A stretch of 64,000 nucleotides of DNA, taken from IMG/VR virus record IMGVR_UViG_3300044981_000315, positions 1,588-65,587 of that record; one strand, 5' to 3'. A program made the translations under genes and the position numbers. Position 1 is the stretch's first letter. Every line of letters starts with the position of its first letter. Positions 1 to 9,875 of this stretch are shown here, in pieces. Origin of the DNA: a virus (Duplodnaviria > Caudoviricetes). The notes under the pieces are model-generated. The model did not search any database and had not been told where the DNA came from. It worked only from the letters and a program-made list of their open reading frames with translations.

Positions 1-1
1 C

Positions 2-3000
2 AGAGGTTTTATTGTTGATACCTATTATGATCGTAATCTCAAGAGAGTGATTGCCCTTTGCGCTTTGGATAAAGCTGGCTATCCACAATTGGCTCGCAAT
101 GTTTCCACGGGTATTTCTAATTGCGTTTCCATGGGAACTGCGGTAGGTCGAGCTATCTGTTCTGACTGTGCTCGTGTGGCTCGTACTGAACAAGACTTCT
201 GTCAGCATATGAAGAACAAGTCTTGTTATGGTGAAATTAACGTAGATCTAAATCCCATTGAATTATCTATAGTTATGAATGGTGCCGATAACAGAGCTAC
301 CATTAAACATGTGTTGGCTGCCGCCAATACTCTCAATACCTATGTAGAAAATAAAGCCCAAGAATTGGCAAAACTGGCTGATTTAGGCTTTTCTGCAGAT
401 TTACACTTACAGGATCCGAAAGGTAATGAGGGCGGGGGCTCTACTGACATTCATATTAATGCCAATAATATTGAAAAGTTTAAGGCTGATTTAGATGAAG
501 CCTTCCAAAGATTGGCTGAAATTGCTCAATCTACAAAAATTTCTGAAAAAGATACTAATTCTTCAGTATATAATCAGTCGTCAGGTTCTATAGCCATGGA
601 TGAAGGCGCACCGACGGATTCGGGATTGGCTCTCCAAACTCCGCAAACTGCAAGGTTTGCATCTGCTGAAGAGGCAGGTATTAGCGAGCTTCGTGAAGTT
701 ACAGCCGCTATCGAAGCCAAGTTAAACCAAATGAAACAAAGCTTGGATAAGTTAGCAAAAACTTCTATTAATACACAAGAGGAAAATATGACTGGATCAA
801 ACGAACTTAATAAAAAGGGCTACTTCCAGGGTGCTGGTGGCGTAAACGAACCAACCCCAGGTCAAGTGAAATATCCTAAAGACCCACTCAACGAACAACT
901 TCGTGAGCATGAGGACAAGCAAATGGTAGGACAACCTCCATTTCCAGAAGTCGGTCCAGTTGATGGAATGCATCCATCCCCAGCTTCCGCTGATCCATCA
1001 GATGAACTAGCTCGTAAGAAGATGTTAGCTCGTGCTGAAGTGGAAGAGCGTGCTATGCGACGTGAAGCTATCGTTCAATTAGCTAAAGATGCTCTAGAGA
1101 GCAAGTCTTACTACCAAGGTGGCGGTGGTGTTAATGAACCAACCCCAGGTAAAGCTAAGTACCCCAAGGATAAGCTCAATGAAGAGCTACGTGAGTATGA
1201 AGATAAGCAGATGGTTGGACAACCACCTTTTCCAGGTGTGGGTCCAGTTGATGGTCTTCACCCTTCTCCAAGCTCTGCTGAGCCAAAAGACGAACTCAAG
1301 CGTAAAGAAATGTTAGCCCGCGCCTCTTTGAGAGCTCGTTTTATCAAGGCTTCTAACGAAGATGGTACCCAAAACCTAGGCAAGAGTGCCTGGGAAGTTT
1401 TCTTGGGTGACAAACTATTATTGACCGCATCAGTGGATGACTTATCCGCTGGTCGTTCTGAGATATTTTATGACAGCATTGCTACCAAGCCATTCGGCGC
1501 CAAATTAATTGAAAAGATTAAGTTGGAAGGCGCTCCTGCTGTAGCCAAACTTATCAAGAAAGCACAAGTTGCTCCACCTGCCCCAGATATGGGCGCTCCA
1601 GGTGGTGATGTAGGCGCTCCTCCAGGTGGTCCAGATACGGCTGCCCCTCCAGCTGAAGATACCGGTAAGTCTGGTGATCCAAAAGCTACTGCTGTTGAAT
1701 TGGCTGAAAAAGTAAGAGACCTCAGCTCCGATCTAGTAGAAGCCGTCCGCGCTTTAACTGGTGAACAAGCTGAAATGGGTACTGAAGATGGTTCTAGTGC
1801 TCCTCCAGCAGGCGATATGGGTGGCGTAGGCGGTCCAGCAGGTGGTCCTGCCGCTATGGCTGATGATTCTTCCAAGTCTGCTTCCGATCTTACCTCTATG
1901 AGGAAGCACATTAATGGTTCTTTGATTCAGGCTATGAAAGAGTCTGTTGCTGAACTCAATGATCACAAGCAAGAGCTTGAAATGATTATCAGTTTATATG
2001 ACAAAGGCATTAATGAAACTAGCAAGGAATTACTTAATTCCCTAGTGGGTGATGCTTTCAATCAATCTAAGTCTGCTGTGGCAGACGGCTTTAAGTTGAT
2101 GGCTGCTTTCGTGAAGTATGCTCGTGGTACTAATGCCATCGTTAAGCGCGCTGAAATCGAGGCAGAACTTGATGCATTAGCTACCGACGAAGGAGATGCT
2201 ATGAGCGATAAAAAGGATAGTCACTCCGCTGATGGTGGTGACTTAATGGGACTAATTAACGACACCAATGCAGATTTGGATGCCGTTCATAGTCTAATGA
2301 ATGACGAGGGTCTTGCTGATGATGAACTAGAAGCTCTCGATGGAGAACTAGAAGCTGCTGCTGAAGATAATAATGATGCAGTGACAGTTAAAACACCACA
2401 AGAGGCTGCTATGATTGCTAAACAAAACCCAGATGCCAGCGTAACGGTGCAAGCTTCTTTGAATACCAGAGAAGGTCGTGCCGCACTACGTGCCAAGTTG
2501 GCTGCCGATGCTTTGGGCAAGGAAGAAACTGGAGAAATCCAAGACGCTTCCAAGCTTCAATTCAGCGACATGCTAGACCAAGCTGACAGACTAGCTGACG
2601 GTCAAACTCAACTAGACACTAAGCCATCCGATTCTCTCGGATTGGTTGAGACCCTACCAGAAGTTAATAAGGCTATGTTGGAAGTTGCTAAAGCTCCACC
2701 AAAGGTTCGTAAGGAAGCAGAAGCTATTCAAAAGTTGGTATCTGAGGGTTCTCTAGATCCAGCCGACCTAGATGCTCTAGTAGCCGAAGGTTTAGACAAG
2801 GACGCCGTTGCTTACTGGAAGAAATACTACGGTCAAACTGACGGTGGTAGCGAATTTGCTAGCGAACTAGTTAAAGAGCATGTAAAGGCTCAACTAGAAG
2901 AGCAACTAAACAAGTATCGTGTCAAATTGGCCAGAGCTTATGAGCTAGCCTATGACATGGCTGAACGTGGTTTAGTCAATGCTGACAGAGCTTCTATCTC

Positions 3001-3226
3001 TCTACAGGTAGACGAAGTTATGAAGTTTGATGACCCAAGCTTTGAATCTCTCAAGAGAGTAGTTGCCAGACACCCAGTGACTGGTTTACGTAAGCAAGCC
3101 GGACGTCTACCATTAGTTGGTGTGAAAGACGAAAGCGAACTACAAGCAGTTGCTGCCGAAGGAACTGAAGAAGATGCATATTCACAACTATCTTCAATGT
3201 TCGGTACCAAAAAAGGTGCATTCTAA
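2..3226 (+). CDS. Prohead (capsid maturation) protease fused to a long scaffold/core region; 5'-truncated by the window edge
   Basis: The frame is open from base 2 (RGFIVDTYYDRNLKRVIAL...). It carries VSMG, a CSDC...CQH zinc-like insert and ELSIVMNGAD, typical of phage/herpes-fold maturation proteases. The remainder is acidic, coiled-coil and Pro/Gly-rich, and the gene lies upstream of the capsid genes. Confidence 0.75.
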   Translation, partial: RGFIVDTYYDRNLKRVIALCALDKAGYPQLARNVSTGISNCVSMGTAVGRAICSDCARVARTEQDFCQHMKNKSCYGEINVDLNPIELSIVMNGADNRATIKHVLAAANTLNTYVENKAQELAKLADLGFSADLHLQDPKGNEGGGSTDIHINANNIEKFKADLDEAFQRLAEIAQSTKISEKDTNSSVYNQSSGSIAMDEGAPTDSGLALQTPQTARFASAEEAGISELREVTAAIEAKLNQMKQSLDKLAKTSINTQEENMTGSNELNKKGYFQGAGGVNEPTPGQVKYPKDPLNEQLREHEDKQMVGQPPFPEVGPVDGMHPSPASADPSDELARKKMLARAEVEERAMRREAIVQLAKDALESKSYYQGGGGVNEPTPGKAKYPKDKLNEELREYEDKQMVGQPPFPGVGPVDGLHPSPSSAEPKDELKRKEMLARASLRARFIKASNEDGTQNLGKSAWEVFLGDKLLLTASVDDLSAGRSEIFYDSIATKPFGAKLIEKIKLEGAPAVAKLIKKAQVAPPAPDMGAPGGDVGAPPGGPDTAAPPAEDTGKSGDPKATAVELAEKVRDLSSDLVEAVRALTGEQAEMGTEDGSSAPPAGDMGGVGGPAGGPAAMADDSSKSASDLTSMRKHINGSLIQAMKESVAELNDHKQELEMIISLYDKGINETSKELLNSLVGDAFNQSKSAVADGFKLMAAFVKYARGTNAIVKRAEIEAELDALATDEGDAMSDKKDSHSADGGDLMGLINDTNADLDAVHSLMNDEGLADDELEALDGELEAAAEDNNDAVTVKTPQEAAMIAKQNPDASVTVQASLNTREGRAALRAKLAADALGKEETGEIQDASKLQFSDMLDQADRLADGQTQLDTKPSDSLGLVETLPEVNKAMLEVAKAPPKVRKEAEAIQKLVSEGSLDPADLDALVAEGLDKDAVAYWKKYYGQTDGGSEFASELVKEHVKAQLEEQLNKYRVKLARAYELAYDMAERGLVNADRASISLQVDEVMKFDDPSFESLKRVVARHPVTGLRKQAGRLPLVGVKDESELQAVAAEGTEEDAYSQLSSMFGTKKGAF
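821..1324 (+). repeat. Two ~72-aa intragenic repeats, 288 bp apart, in the protease/scaffold
   Basis: YFQGAGGVNEPTPGQVKYPKDPLNEQLREHEDKQMVGQPPFP...ELARKKMLARA vs YYQGGGGVNEPTPGKAKYPKDKLNEELREYEDKQMVGQPPFP...ELKRKEMLARA. Confidence 0.95.
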
Positions 3227-3248
3227 AACTAGGAATAGGGATTAAACG

Positions 3249-4037
3249 ATGAAAAACCAAAGCGTATCAGATTTTGTCGCCGCAGCAATGGATGCGGTAT
3301 TAAAAAGCCAAGAGCACAAATCTCTATTCGGCACTCAATACAAGTTCGCAAGTGACTTGAATGATGCTAAGGACAAGTGCCCCAAATGCAGCAAAGATAA
3401 GGATAGTTGCATGTGTGATTCTGCTATGGCAGATGATAACGAAGCCAAAAAGGGCAAGTGCTCTGAATGTGGTAAACCAAATTTCCTTTGTAAGTGTGAT
3501 AAGGGAAGTGCGGATGACCAAGATGCCAAGAAAAAGAAGGATTCTTCCAAGGACTCTTCCTCTGCTGATGACAACGATGCTAAGAAGCACAAGGATTTCA
3601 AGGATAGTAGCAAGGATTCGTCTTCCGCTGATGATAACGATGCTAAAAAGAAGGATTCTTCTAAGGACTCTTCCTCTGCTGACGATCAAGACGCCAAAAA
3701 GAAGAAGGAAGATTCTTCTGAGGCTGATGATTCTGAAGAAAAAGTATCTTCTGCCTTTGATGTTGCTATCGACAGTTTGCTAACCGCATCTGCCGCTCTA
3801 GATAACGTCGGTCTCGTCAGAGGCGCCTCTCTCAGCTTGAAACTAGCCTCTTTGGTAGTAGAAGCTAAGAAGAAGGAAAAGGATTCTAAGAAGTCTAAGA
3901 AGGATTCTAAGAAGTCTGATTCCAAGAAATCAGATTCTAAGAAGGATTCTCATTCCGCTAAGGACAAGAAGAGCGATTCTAAAAAGAGTGACTCCAAGAA
4001 AGATTCTAAGGATTCCAAGAAGTCTTCCAAAAAGTAA
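3249..4037 (+). CDS. K/D/S-rich low-complexity head protein with two CxxC..CxC clusters (possible DNA-condensing internal protein)
   Basis: CPKC..CMC and CSEC..CKC; repeated SSADDNDAKKKDSSKD units; basic KKSDS tail; located in the head cluster. Confidence 0.6.
   Translation: MKNQSVSDFVAAAMDAVLKSQEHKSLFGTQYKFASDLNDAKDKCPKCSKDKDSCMCDSAMADDNEAKKGKCSECGKPNFLCKCDKGSADDQDAKKKKDSSKDSSSADDNDAKKHKDFKDSSKDSSSADDNDAKKKDSSKDSSSADDQDAKKKKEDSSEADDSEEKVSSAFDVAIDSLLTASAALDNVGLVRGASLSLKLASLVVEAKKKEKDSKKSKKDSKKSDSKKSDSKKDSHSAKDKKSDSKKSDSKKDSKDSKKSSKK
3508..3730 (+). repeat. Degenerate in-frame tandem repeat encoding SADD(N/Q)DAKKK(K)DSSKDS
   Basis: About 4 units with synonymous variation (gctgatgacaacgatgctaag, gctgatgataacgatgctaaa, gctgacgatcaagacgccaaa). 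Confidence 0.9.
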
Positions 4038-4054
4038 CTCATAAGTAGGTGCCA

Positions 4055-4270
4055 ATGTTCAAACAACAAGCCGACGGAGACGAAATCTTTCGTTCGATGG
4101 AAAAGACTTTGGTTAAAAGCCAGGTGGAAAATACATACGGACTAAGCAAACTAGCCAAAGCTGTTGATTATTTGAACGATGCCGCTGCTATTTTTGAGCG
4201 TGCCGGTATGCTTGAAGAAGCCGCTTTAATCACGACAGTCTTACAGGGCCTAGCTAAGGACGTTCAATGA
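4055..4270 (+). CDS. Small head-associated helical protein
   Basis: ATG after AGGT; LNDAAAIFERAGMLEEAALI module shared with neighbouring genes; ATGA overlap with the next gene. Confidence 0.65.
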   Translation: MFKQQADGDEIFRSMEKTLVKSQVENTYGLSKLAKAVDYLNDAAAIFERAGMLEEAALITTVLQGLAKDVQ

Positions 4271-4770
4271 TTAAAAAATCCGTTTTTGAGAACGATTTAA
4301 TCGTTGGAATGCAACAAGAACTACGCAAACAAGCCTCGGGAGAAACTCCTGATTTGGTGAAGGCGGGTGAGTGTTTGCATGCTGCTTTGGAAATTCTAGA
4401 AGAAGCTGGATTACAGGTTAGAGCCGAGCAAGTGCTACAAGTTTTGACTAAAATTGCCATTAAGCATCACAAAAAGGATAAGGTTAAGGATCCTGGAAAG
4501 CCTCATAATTTCCATATGAAGAACCTAACTCCAGAACGTATGGTAGAAAATCTGAAACATCATGGTACTGTTTTCAATATGGCGGATGACCAAGGTGCTG
4601 ACAATGCTGATTTCGACCCCGAAGTGGCAGAAGCATTAGACGCCATGAGTGTGGATGATTTGCGAGCAGATGAGTTGTTTGATATGGATATTGCCGATGT
4701 TGATGATAACTTAAATATTAACATGGATACTTTGGAAGACTTTGAGGATGAAGTATCGTCTCCTAAATAA
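4267..4770 (+). CDS. Head-associated protein with acidic C-terminus, paralogous to the preceding gene
   Basis: LHAALEILEEAGLQVRAEQV module; RKQAS motif. Confidence 0.65.
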   Translation: MIKKSVFENDLIVGMQQELRKQASGETPDLVKAGECLHAALEILEEAGLQVRAEQVLQVLTKIAIKHHKKDKVKDPGKPHNFHMKNLTPERMVENLKHHGTVFNMADDQGADNADFDPEVAEALDAMSVDDLRADELFDMDIADVDDNLNINMDTLEDFEDEVSSPK

Positions 4771-4954
4771 GCGCATTAAACTCAAGATATTTTTCATATT
4801 TGCGTAGTAGATAGATAGTGGCGTCTTGGTACAGCCAGTCTAAAGACATATGCCTTTTCTTCTGTATCAATAATATCAAAGAAGTTTTCGTTGGATATAT
4901 ATTCTTGTATATGACTGTGGAGTTAGCCGGGTTGAAATTTTACGAGGAATAAAA

Positions 4955-5017
4955 ATGAAAACAGTTAGAATGCCGAACATTGCGGCTCCAAAAAACTCAA
5001 TGATTTCAGGTAGTTAA
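4955..5017 (+). CDS. 20-aa leader ORF (MKTVRMPNIAAPKNSMISGS) directly abutting the next ATG
   Basis: GAGGA Shine-Dalgarno at 4944-4948; TAA 5015-5017 immediately followed by the in-frame ATG at 5018. Confidence 0.35.
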   Translation: MKTVRMPNIAAPKNSMISGS

Positions 5018-5707
5018 ATGCTCAGACTTGTTCAAGTGGGCAACACGCTCCCAGTATCTTTTATATGTGATCCTAGTGCGGAGTTTCAACCAGGGATGGT
5101 GGCTGAGCTTACCGTTATTGGTAATCAAGTAATGTGTACCGTTAGTAATGGTACGGCTCCTATCGGCATCATTGACGATATTAAAACCAAAGCTTTTACC
5201 AATGTCTCTTGGAATGAAGTGGTTATTGTGCCGGCGATTGGTGTGCCAGGGCCCAACAATACTATCGTTACCCCAGTAGCTATCAATTATGCTTTGAGAA
5301 GGCCCAATATTGTCCCTTCTAGTTTTAATTCTACTGTTAATGTAGTATTAAATCCAATTAATGGTATTGTTACTTTTGTTTCCGGAACTCAACTTAATTT
5401 GGATCTAAATGGTAGTGGAACCCCTAATGCTATTAGGGCGGTAGTTAATTACACTTATCAAGTAGCTAATATTCCAGGTGATGATAGCACACAGGGTTCG
5501 GGTCGTATGACAGTATGGTTTGAGCGTATGTTCTTCCAGACTGACCAATACGAAAGCAATCAACAATACCCGGTCCGTGCCAATTTATACTGTAGCGAAG
5601 TGGGCTTCTTGACCACTCGTAGGCCTAGTCCCATTCATCCTGCTATTGCGATGGTGACAGCCCCGCCTACGCCCATGAATCCAATGATTGAATGCCTTCT
5701 CTATTGA
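5018..5707 (+). CDS. Capsid decoration/cement-like protein (paralog of 12376..13173)
   Basis: Beta-rich; MLRLVQVG / PIGIIDD / STQGSGRMTVW align with MSLKLLQPG / PVFLADD / TATGSGKMTLW. Confidence 0.55.
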   Translation: MLRLVQVGNTLPVSFICDPSAEFQPGMVAELTVIGNQVMCTVSNGTAPIGIIDDIKTKAFTNVSWNEVVIVPAIGVPGPNNTIVTPVAINYALRRPNIVPSSFNSTVNVVLNPINGIVTFVSGTQLNLDLNGSGTPNAIRAVVNYTYQVANIPGDDSTQGSGRMTVWFERMFFQTDQYESNQQYPVRANLYCSEVGFLTTRRPSPIHPAIAMVTAPPTPMNPMIECLLY

Positions 5708-5860
5708 AAATATCAATAAGTGGGTAAGTACGGTTTCGTATGCTGTGCCATGGTAGGTTGGACCGTTAAATGCCCCAACATAGCTGCATAAACTATTATT
5801 TATGGTAGGAGCTTTCTATATTCTGGTATAATATAGACATTTACTCATTGAGGCCCGCCT

Positions 5861-7324
5861 ATGACTTATAAACATATAGATTTTTCATCGTCTCCCACCA
5901 TGAGATCACTTGAACGAGTGGCCAAGGAAAAAGGCTGGATTAAAGAGGAGCCTTTGACTAAAACCGCTGCGGTAAAAACCGATCTAACTCCTTCTAATAG
6001 TTTGTTAGATAATGTGCTCAAACTATGCGCTGGTTTACGTGATCGTGGTTTTGAGAAACAGGCCAGTGAATTGGAAATTAATCTTCTCAATTACAAACAA
6101 GCTCAAACTTTATATGAAACTACGCCTGAAAAAGGTGAAGATTTGGTGCATGCTGCTCATCCACAAGGCAGCCATAAACTAGAGGGTCTTGATGCCGAGA
6201 ATGATGGGGCAGTGGTGGAAGACATTTTAGATCAACATGCTAAAAACCTACAAATGATAGAGAAAAAACCTACTGGTAAGTTAGCTTCCATTTCAGAGGC
6301 CATCGAGGCAGTAAAGGTAGCTATAGGTGCTCCCCCTTTAGTAGTAAAAAGGGCAGCTAAGGTTTCCTTAGGTGCCGTTCCAGTAGTGTTCGACCCAGCG
6401 GGCGGGTATGCTTATGGTGGTGGCTGGAGCAAATTAATGGGCCTATTAGGTTCAGGCGGAACTACGGCGGAAGGCGCTTCTGCGGCTACTGTTGGTGCTA
6501 TGGGCGCTTTAGCTGGTACAGCCCTAGTCAGTGCCATAGGTGGTGCTATGGTGGGTAATGCTTTATTCAAAGATTTTCTATCACCAAATATAATTCAGGA
6601 TGCGGGTCAAAAATTAATTGAGGCCACACAAAAATCACTCACTGATTACGATAGTGATGATACTAAGTATTCTGTTCCTATTCAGAAGGCTTTATCAGAT
6701 TTTGATAGCATTTTCGGGCAAATAAAAGAAAACTATTCAGCTATTTCTGAAGTACAAGCCAATCCATCGAAAGAAACTTTAGCAAAATTAAAAATACTAG
6801 ATGATTTGATTTGGAAAAGTCGTCAATCAGCTCAAGCTATTTGGAGTTGGACACAATCTTTCAAAGACGAATCTGTAGTAAGAACTTATATGCCCTTTTT
6901 CAACATCTATATGGATGTAGTAGCTTTGGCTAAAAATTATATGGAGAGAGCGGCTAGCCTGAACGCTCTTAATGACAAGTTTGCAAATGATGCTGTTGCC
7001 AAGATAACATCTCAAACTCAACAACAATCATCTTCACAAGGTGGTGATGCTGCGACACAGCTTTCCCAAAATTATCAAGATCTTTTGAATCAAATTAAGG
7101 GCTATGTGGTTCAAATACAAGCTAATAGGCCAACTAATCAAGTCGCCGCTCTCAACTGGTTAAATAGTAAAAGTCAACAAATTACGAGTGAACAATCTAA
7201 GTTTGATAGTGCCCCACCAGAATACAAAGATAAAGCAGTAGCCGGTTTTGCTGGCAGATTAAATGGCGCTAATGGCTATAAAGCTCAGTTAGATGCTTTT
7301 AGAAATTATATGAAGTTATCGTGA
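5861..7324 (+). CDS. Internal virion (ejection/pilot-like) protein with a glycine-zipper hydrophobic segment
   Basis: GAMGALAGTALVSAIGGAMVG segment, helical Q-rich C-terminus; N-terminal region homologous to 10995..12260. Confidence 0.5.
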   Translation: MTYKHIDFSSSPTMRSLERVAKEKGWIKEEPLTKTAAVKTDLTPSNSLLDNVLKLCAGLRDRGFEKQASELEINLLNYKQAQTLYETTPEKGEDLVHAAHPQGSHKLEGLDAENDGAVVEDILDQHAKNLQMIEKKPTGKLASISEAIEAVKVAIGAPPLVVKRAAKVSLGAVPVVFDPAGGYAYGGGWSKLMGLLGSGGTTAEGASAATVGAMGALAGTALVSAIGGAMVGNALFKDFLSPNIIQDAGQKLIEATQKSLTDYDSDDTKYSVPIQKALSDFDSIFGQIKENYSAISEVQANPSKETLAKLKILDDLIWKSRQSAQAIWSWTQSFKDESVVRTYMPFFNIYMDVVALAKNYMERAASLNALNDKFANDAVAKITSQTQQQSSSQGGDAATQLSQNYQDLLNQIKGYVVQIQANRPTNQVAALNWLNSKSQQITSEQSKFDSAPPEYKDKAVAGFAGRLNGANGYKAQLDAFRNYMKLS

Positions 7325-7330
7325 GAGAAT

Positions 7331-8383
7331 ATGAGCAAATCAAATAGTAAACAGATAGTAGAAAAAATCAAAAAGTTGGCACAAAATATGCCAGTTGGAC
7401 TGACAGGGTTTTTTCCTGGTTCGGAGCCTAAAGGAACTACTACGCCTGCTGTCCCCGGTACAACTTCTTTTGTTGGTCCACCTGCGCCTGATACAGCAGT
7501 TCCAGCTGGTGTTGGAGGACATACTCCTCGTGATGTAGCTAGAATGCAATCCGAGCTAATGAATTTATCTCGTGCTGTCAGTAGTCAAATAGCCACTCCT
7601 GCTACAGGTACTCCACAAACACCAGAAGAAAAGAAAGAGGCTGATAGTCGTCTTTCTTTTAATAATTTTATTGTAGAACATTATTTGCGTCCAGCTGGTG
7701 GTGTAGAGTTCGATGCCGATCCATCTCAAACACAGATGGCTAACAAAAATCCTAATCAACCTGCCAGAATGAATATGATCGCTGATACCATGTCCAGAGT
7801 GGGTGGTCCTGCTAATGAACTATCTGCGGATAATAACTGGGGACCACGTACCAACGGAGCTTTGTGGGATGCCTATGCTTTAGCTTCCGGTTTATTGAAG
7901 ATGGCTCATGATTTTCATCTTGTATCACAAGTTTTTGATGATGCAAATCTATCTAATCTCAAAGAAATGCTTCCATATAAGGCTACCGATCTAACTCCCC
8001 AAGAAAAAACAGAGAGAGCCCAAAAATTAGAAGGATATATTGTAGCTATTAGGCATTTATTCAATGAAGTGCAACAACACATCTTGAATAAGCCAGCTTA
8101 TCGTGCCACCATTGAAGGAGATCAGGCTTATCTTACCTATAAAGCTCAACCTACTTCTCAATTAGCCCCTCAACAAGTGGAAGCTATTAAACAAAAGTTT
8201 CCTAATGGATTTTCGGTTCCATTGGATCAACAGGGCAAGCAGAATGCACAGTTTACGGTAGATGATTTGGTGAATTTAGCCTCTCTCAATAAAAAAATTG
8301 ATAGCGTAAATACACAATACCAAGTCAAATTAGATCCATATAATACTTTGACGGCTATTAGTAATCAAATTGGTGGGAGTTAA
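7331..8383 (+). CDS. Putative internal virion protein
   Basis: 350-aa ORF in the head cluster; short basic N-terminus ending KKLAQ, then a Pro-rich linker. Confidence 0.5.
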   Translation: MSKSNSKQIVEKIKKLAQNMPVGLTGFFPGSEPKGTTTPAVPGTTSFVGPPAPDTAVPAGVGGHTPRDVARMQSELMNLSRAVSSQIATPATGTPQTPEEKKEADSRLSFNNFIVEHYLRPAGGVEFDADPSQTQMANKNPNQPARMNMIADTMSRVGGPANELSADNNWGPRTNGALWDAYALASGLLKMAHDFHLVSQVFDDANLSNLKEMLPYKATDLTPQEKTERAQKLEGYIVAIRHLFNEVQQHILNKPAYRATIEGDQAYLTYKAQPTSQLAPQQVEAIKQKFPNGFSVPLDQQGKQNAQFTVDDLVNLASLNKKIDSVNTQYQVKLDPYNTLTAISNQIGGS

Positions 8384-8384
8384 T

Positions 8385-9875
8385 ATGTCTTTTATTTACA
8401 ACGACCCCAAATTAATAAAACAGCTAGTCGAACATGGATTAGAGTTTGAGAAGAAGTTTCTCAAAAAAGGTCAAACTGTTCCAGATCCTGCATCGCCTCC
8501 CCCAGATATGGCTGCTTTGCAAAACCATATTAAACAATTGCAGGCACAATTGCGCCCACCAGCTAAAGATCCCAATGCTCCAGCTGTTGGTTCTCAGAGT
8601 GGTAATGATGTATCGTTAGATGTTACGCATCTCAAAAACTTAGCCACTCTAATAGCTTGGTTGGCTAATAATCAAATTGTGATGGATGGTAAGCGTGTAG
8701 CTTATGCCCCTAATGAAAATGTGCAAGATCCCTCCTATCAGCTTTACAAGTTAGAAGGTGTTGCCGATACACGAGATCCAAAAGCTCAAAACATTCAGTA
8801 TAACTATCGTGTCAATAAGGATTTGTTGGTGGCTTATGTGACTAGTGTACAGGCTCATTTGGCCCAGAATCCCAATCCAGTCTTGAATGTACAACTACAA
8901 AATATTATTCAGCAAGCCAATGATCAATTAGATGCCAATATAAGTTCTACCTATAAAGAACCGGCAAAAACTTTAACGCCCGATAAAGTGGTAGATAATG
9001 TGCCACAAAATATACAAACTCAAGAAACTAATGAAGATGGCAATATACCTTTGACTTTTGGTGATATTAGTTCTAAGACTGCTTTTAATGCGTGGATACA
9101 AAAGAATAATATTTTTGTTGATGGTAAAAATTGGAAAACTCTACAGTATGATACGATGTTAACCGCTTTATACAAGAGGGCTCAAGATGATAAACAACGA
9201 GCTAAGTCTGATGATGCCGAACTAACTGCTACTGTTTATGTGGCGCAGATACCTAAGTTGGCCCAAATGTTCAATGTGACTTTGGGTGTGGGAACTACCC
9301 CCTCTACTTCTTCACAAGAAGGTCAAAGTGGCGCTACTGCACAACCACTTCCGGGTTTAGAACAACTCATTAGTGCTCTTCCATTAGATACCAACCAACT
9401 ATATTTCGGAAAAGTTAGGGACTTCATCAATCTATATCGTAGTACCGTACTATCCAGTACTGATCCCGCCAGAAAACAACAGGCTAGTACCGCTATGCAA
9501 CAAGCAGAGCAGTATATGCAAGGAGCCACTCAGAATACGATAGATAATAGAATAAACTTTAATATGGATGGTTTAACGGCTAGCGATTTGATGAGTTGGT
9601 CTACTCCCGCTTCGCCAGGTCAAGCTGTTCGTTCTCGAGGTAGTGCTAGGGCTTTAGCTGACTATTTAGAATATACTGTGCGCGCAGTAGGCACGCTCAT
9701 CAATGACTTATATAATGCTCATTATGAGCAATTATCTAAAAACCCGCAATTATTACAAGCTATTGAGCAACAAGTGGGAGGTCATAGTATTCCATATGGT
9801 AGTTCCATCGAAGCTAGTAATTTGGATAGTATCAGCGCAGCTCGTTCCAGCTTACCTCAAGCAGGAGCACAATGA
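8385..9875 (+). CDS. Putative internal virion protein
   Basis: GGGAG RBS before ATG 8385; Q/N-rich helical; N-terminus ends LKKGQ, then a Pro-rich linker. Confidence 0.5.
   Translation: MSFIYNDPKLIKQLVEHGLEFEKKFLKKGQTVPDPASPPPDMAALQNHIKQLQAQLRPPAKDPNAPAVGSQSGNDVSLDVTHLKNLATLIAWLANNQIVMDGKRVAYAPNENVQDPSYQLYKLEGVADTRDPKAQNIQYNYRVNKDLLVAYVTSVQAHLAQNPNPVLNVQLQNIIQQANDQLDANISSTYKEPAKTLTPDKVVDNVPQNIQTQETNEDGNIPLTFGDISSKTAFNAWIQKNNIFVDGKNWKTLQYDTMLTALYKRAQDDKQRAKSDDAELTATVYVAQIPKLAQMFNVTLGVGTTPSTSSQEGQSGATAQPLPGLEQLISALPLDTNQLYFGKVRDFINLYRSTVLSSTDPARKQQASTAMQQAEQYMQGATQNTIDNRINFNMDGLTASDLMSWSTPASPGQAVRSRGSARALADYLEYTVRAVGTLINDLYNAHYEQLSKNPQLLQAIEQQVGGHSIPYGSSIEASNLDSISAARSSLPQAGAQ

Noticed and set aside
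3508-4030. Regularly spaced repeats resembling a CRISPR array
   Set aside because: The repeats are in frame, vary at synonymous positions, have no unique spacers, and no cas genes are present; they are protein low-complexity repeats
4771-5860. tRNA or structured ncRNA in the larger intergenic gaps (4771-4950, 5708-5860)
   Set aside because: No cloverleaf or T-loop (GTTCRA) signature; only short weak hairpins
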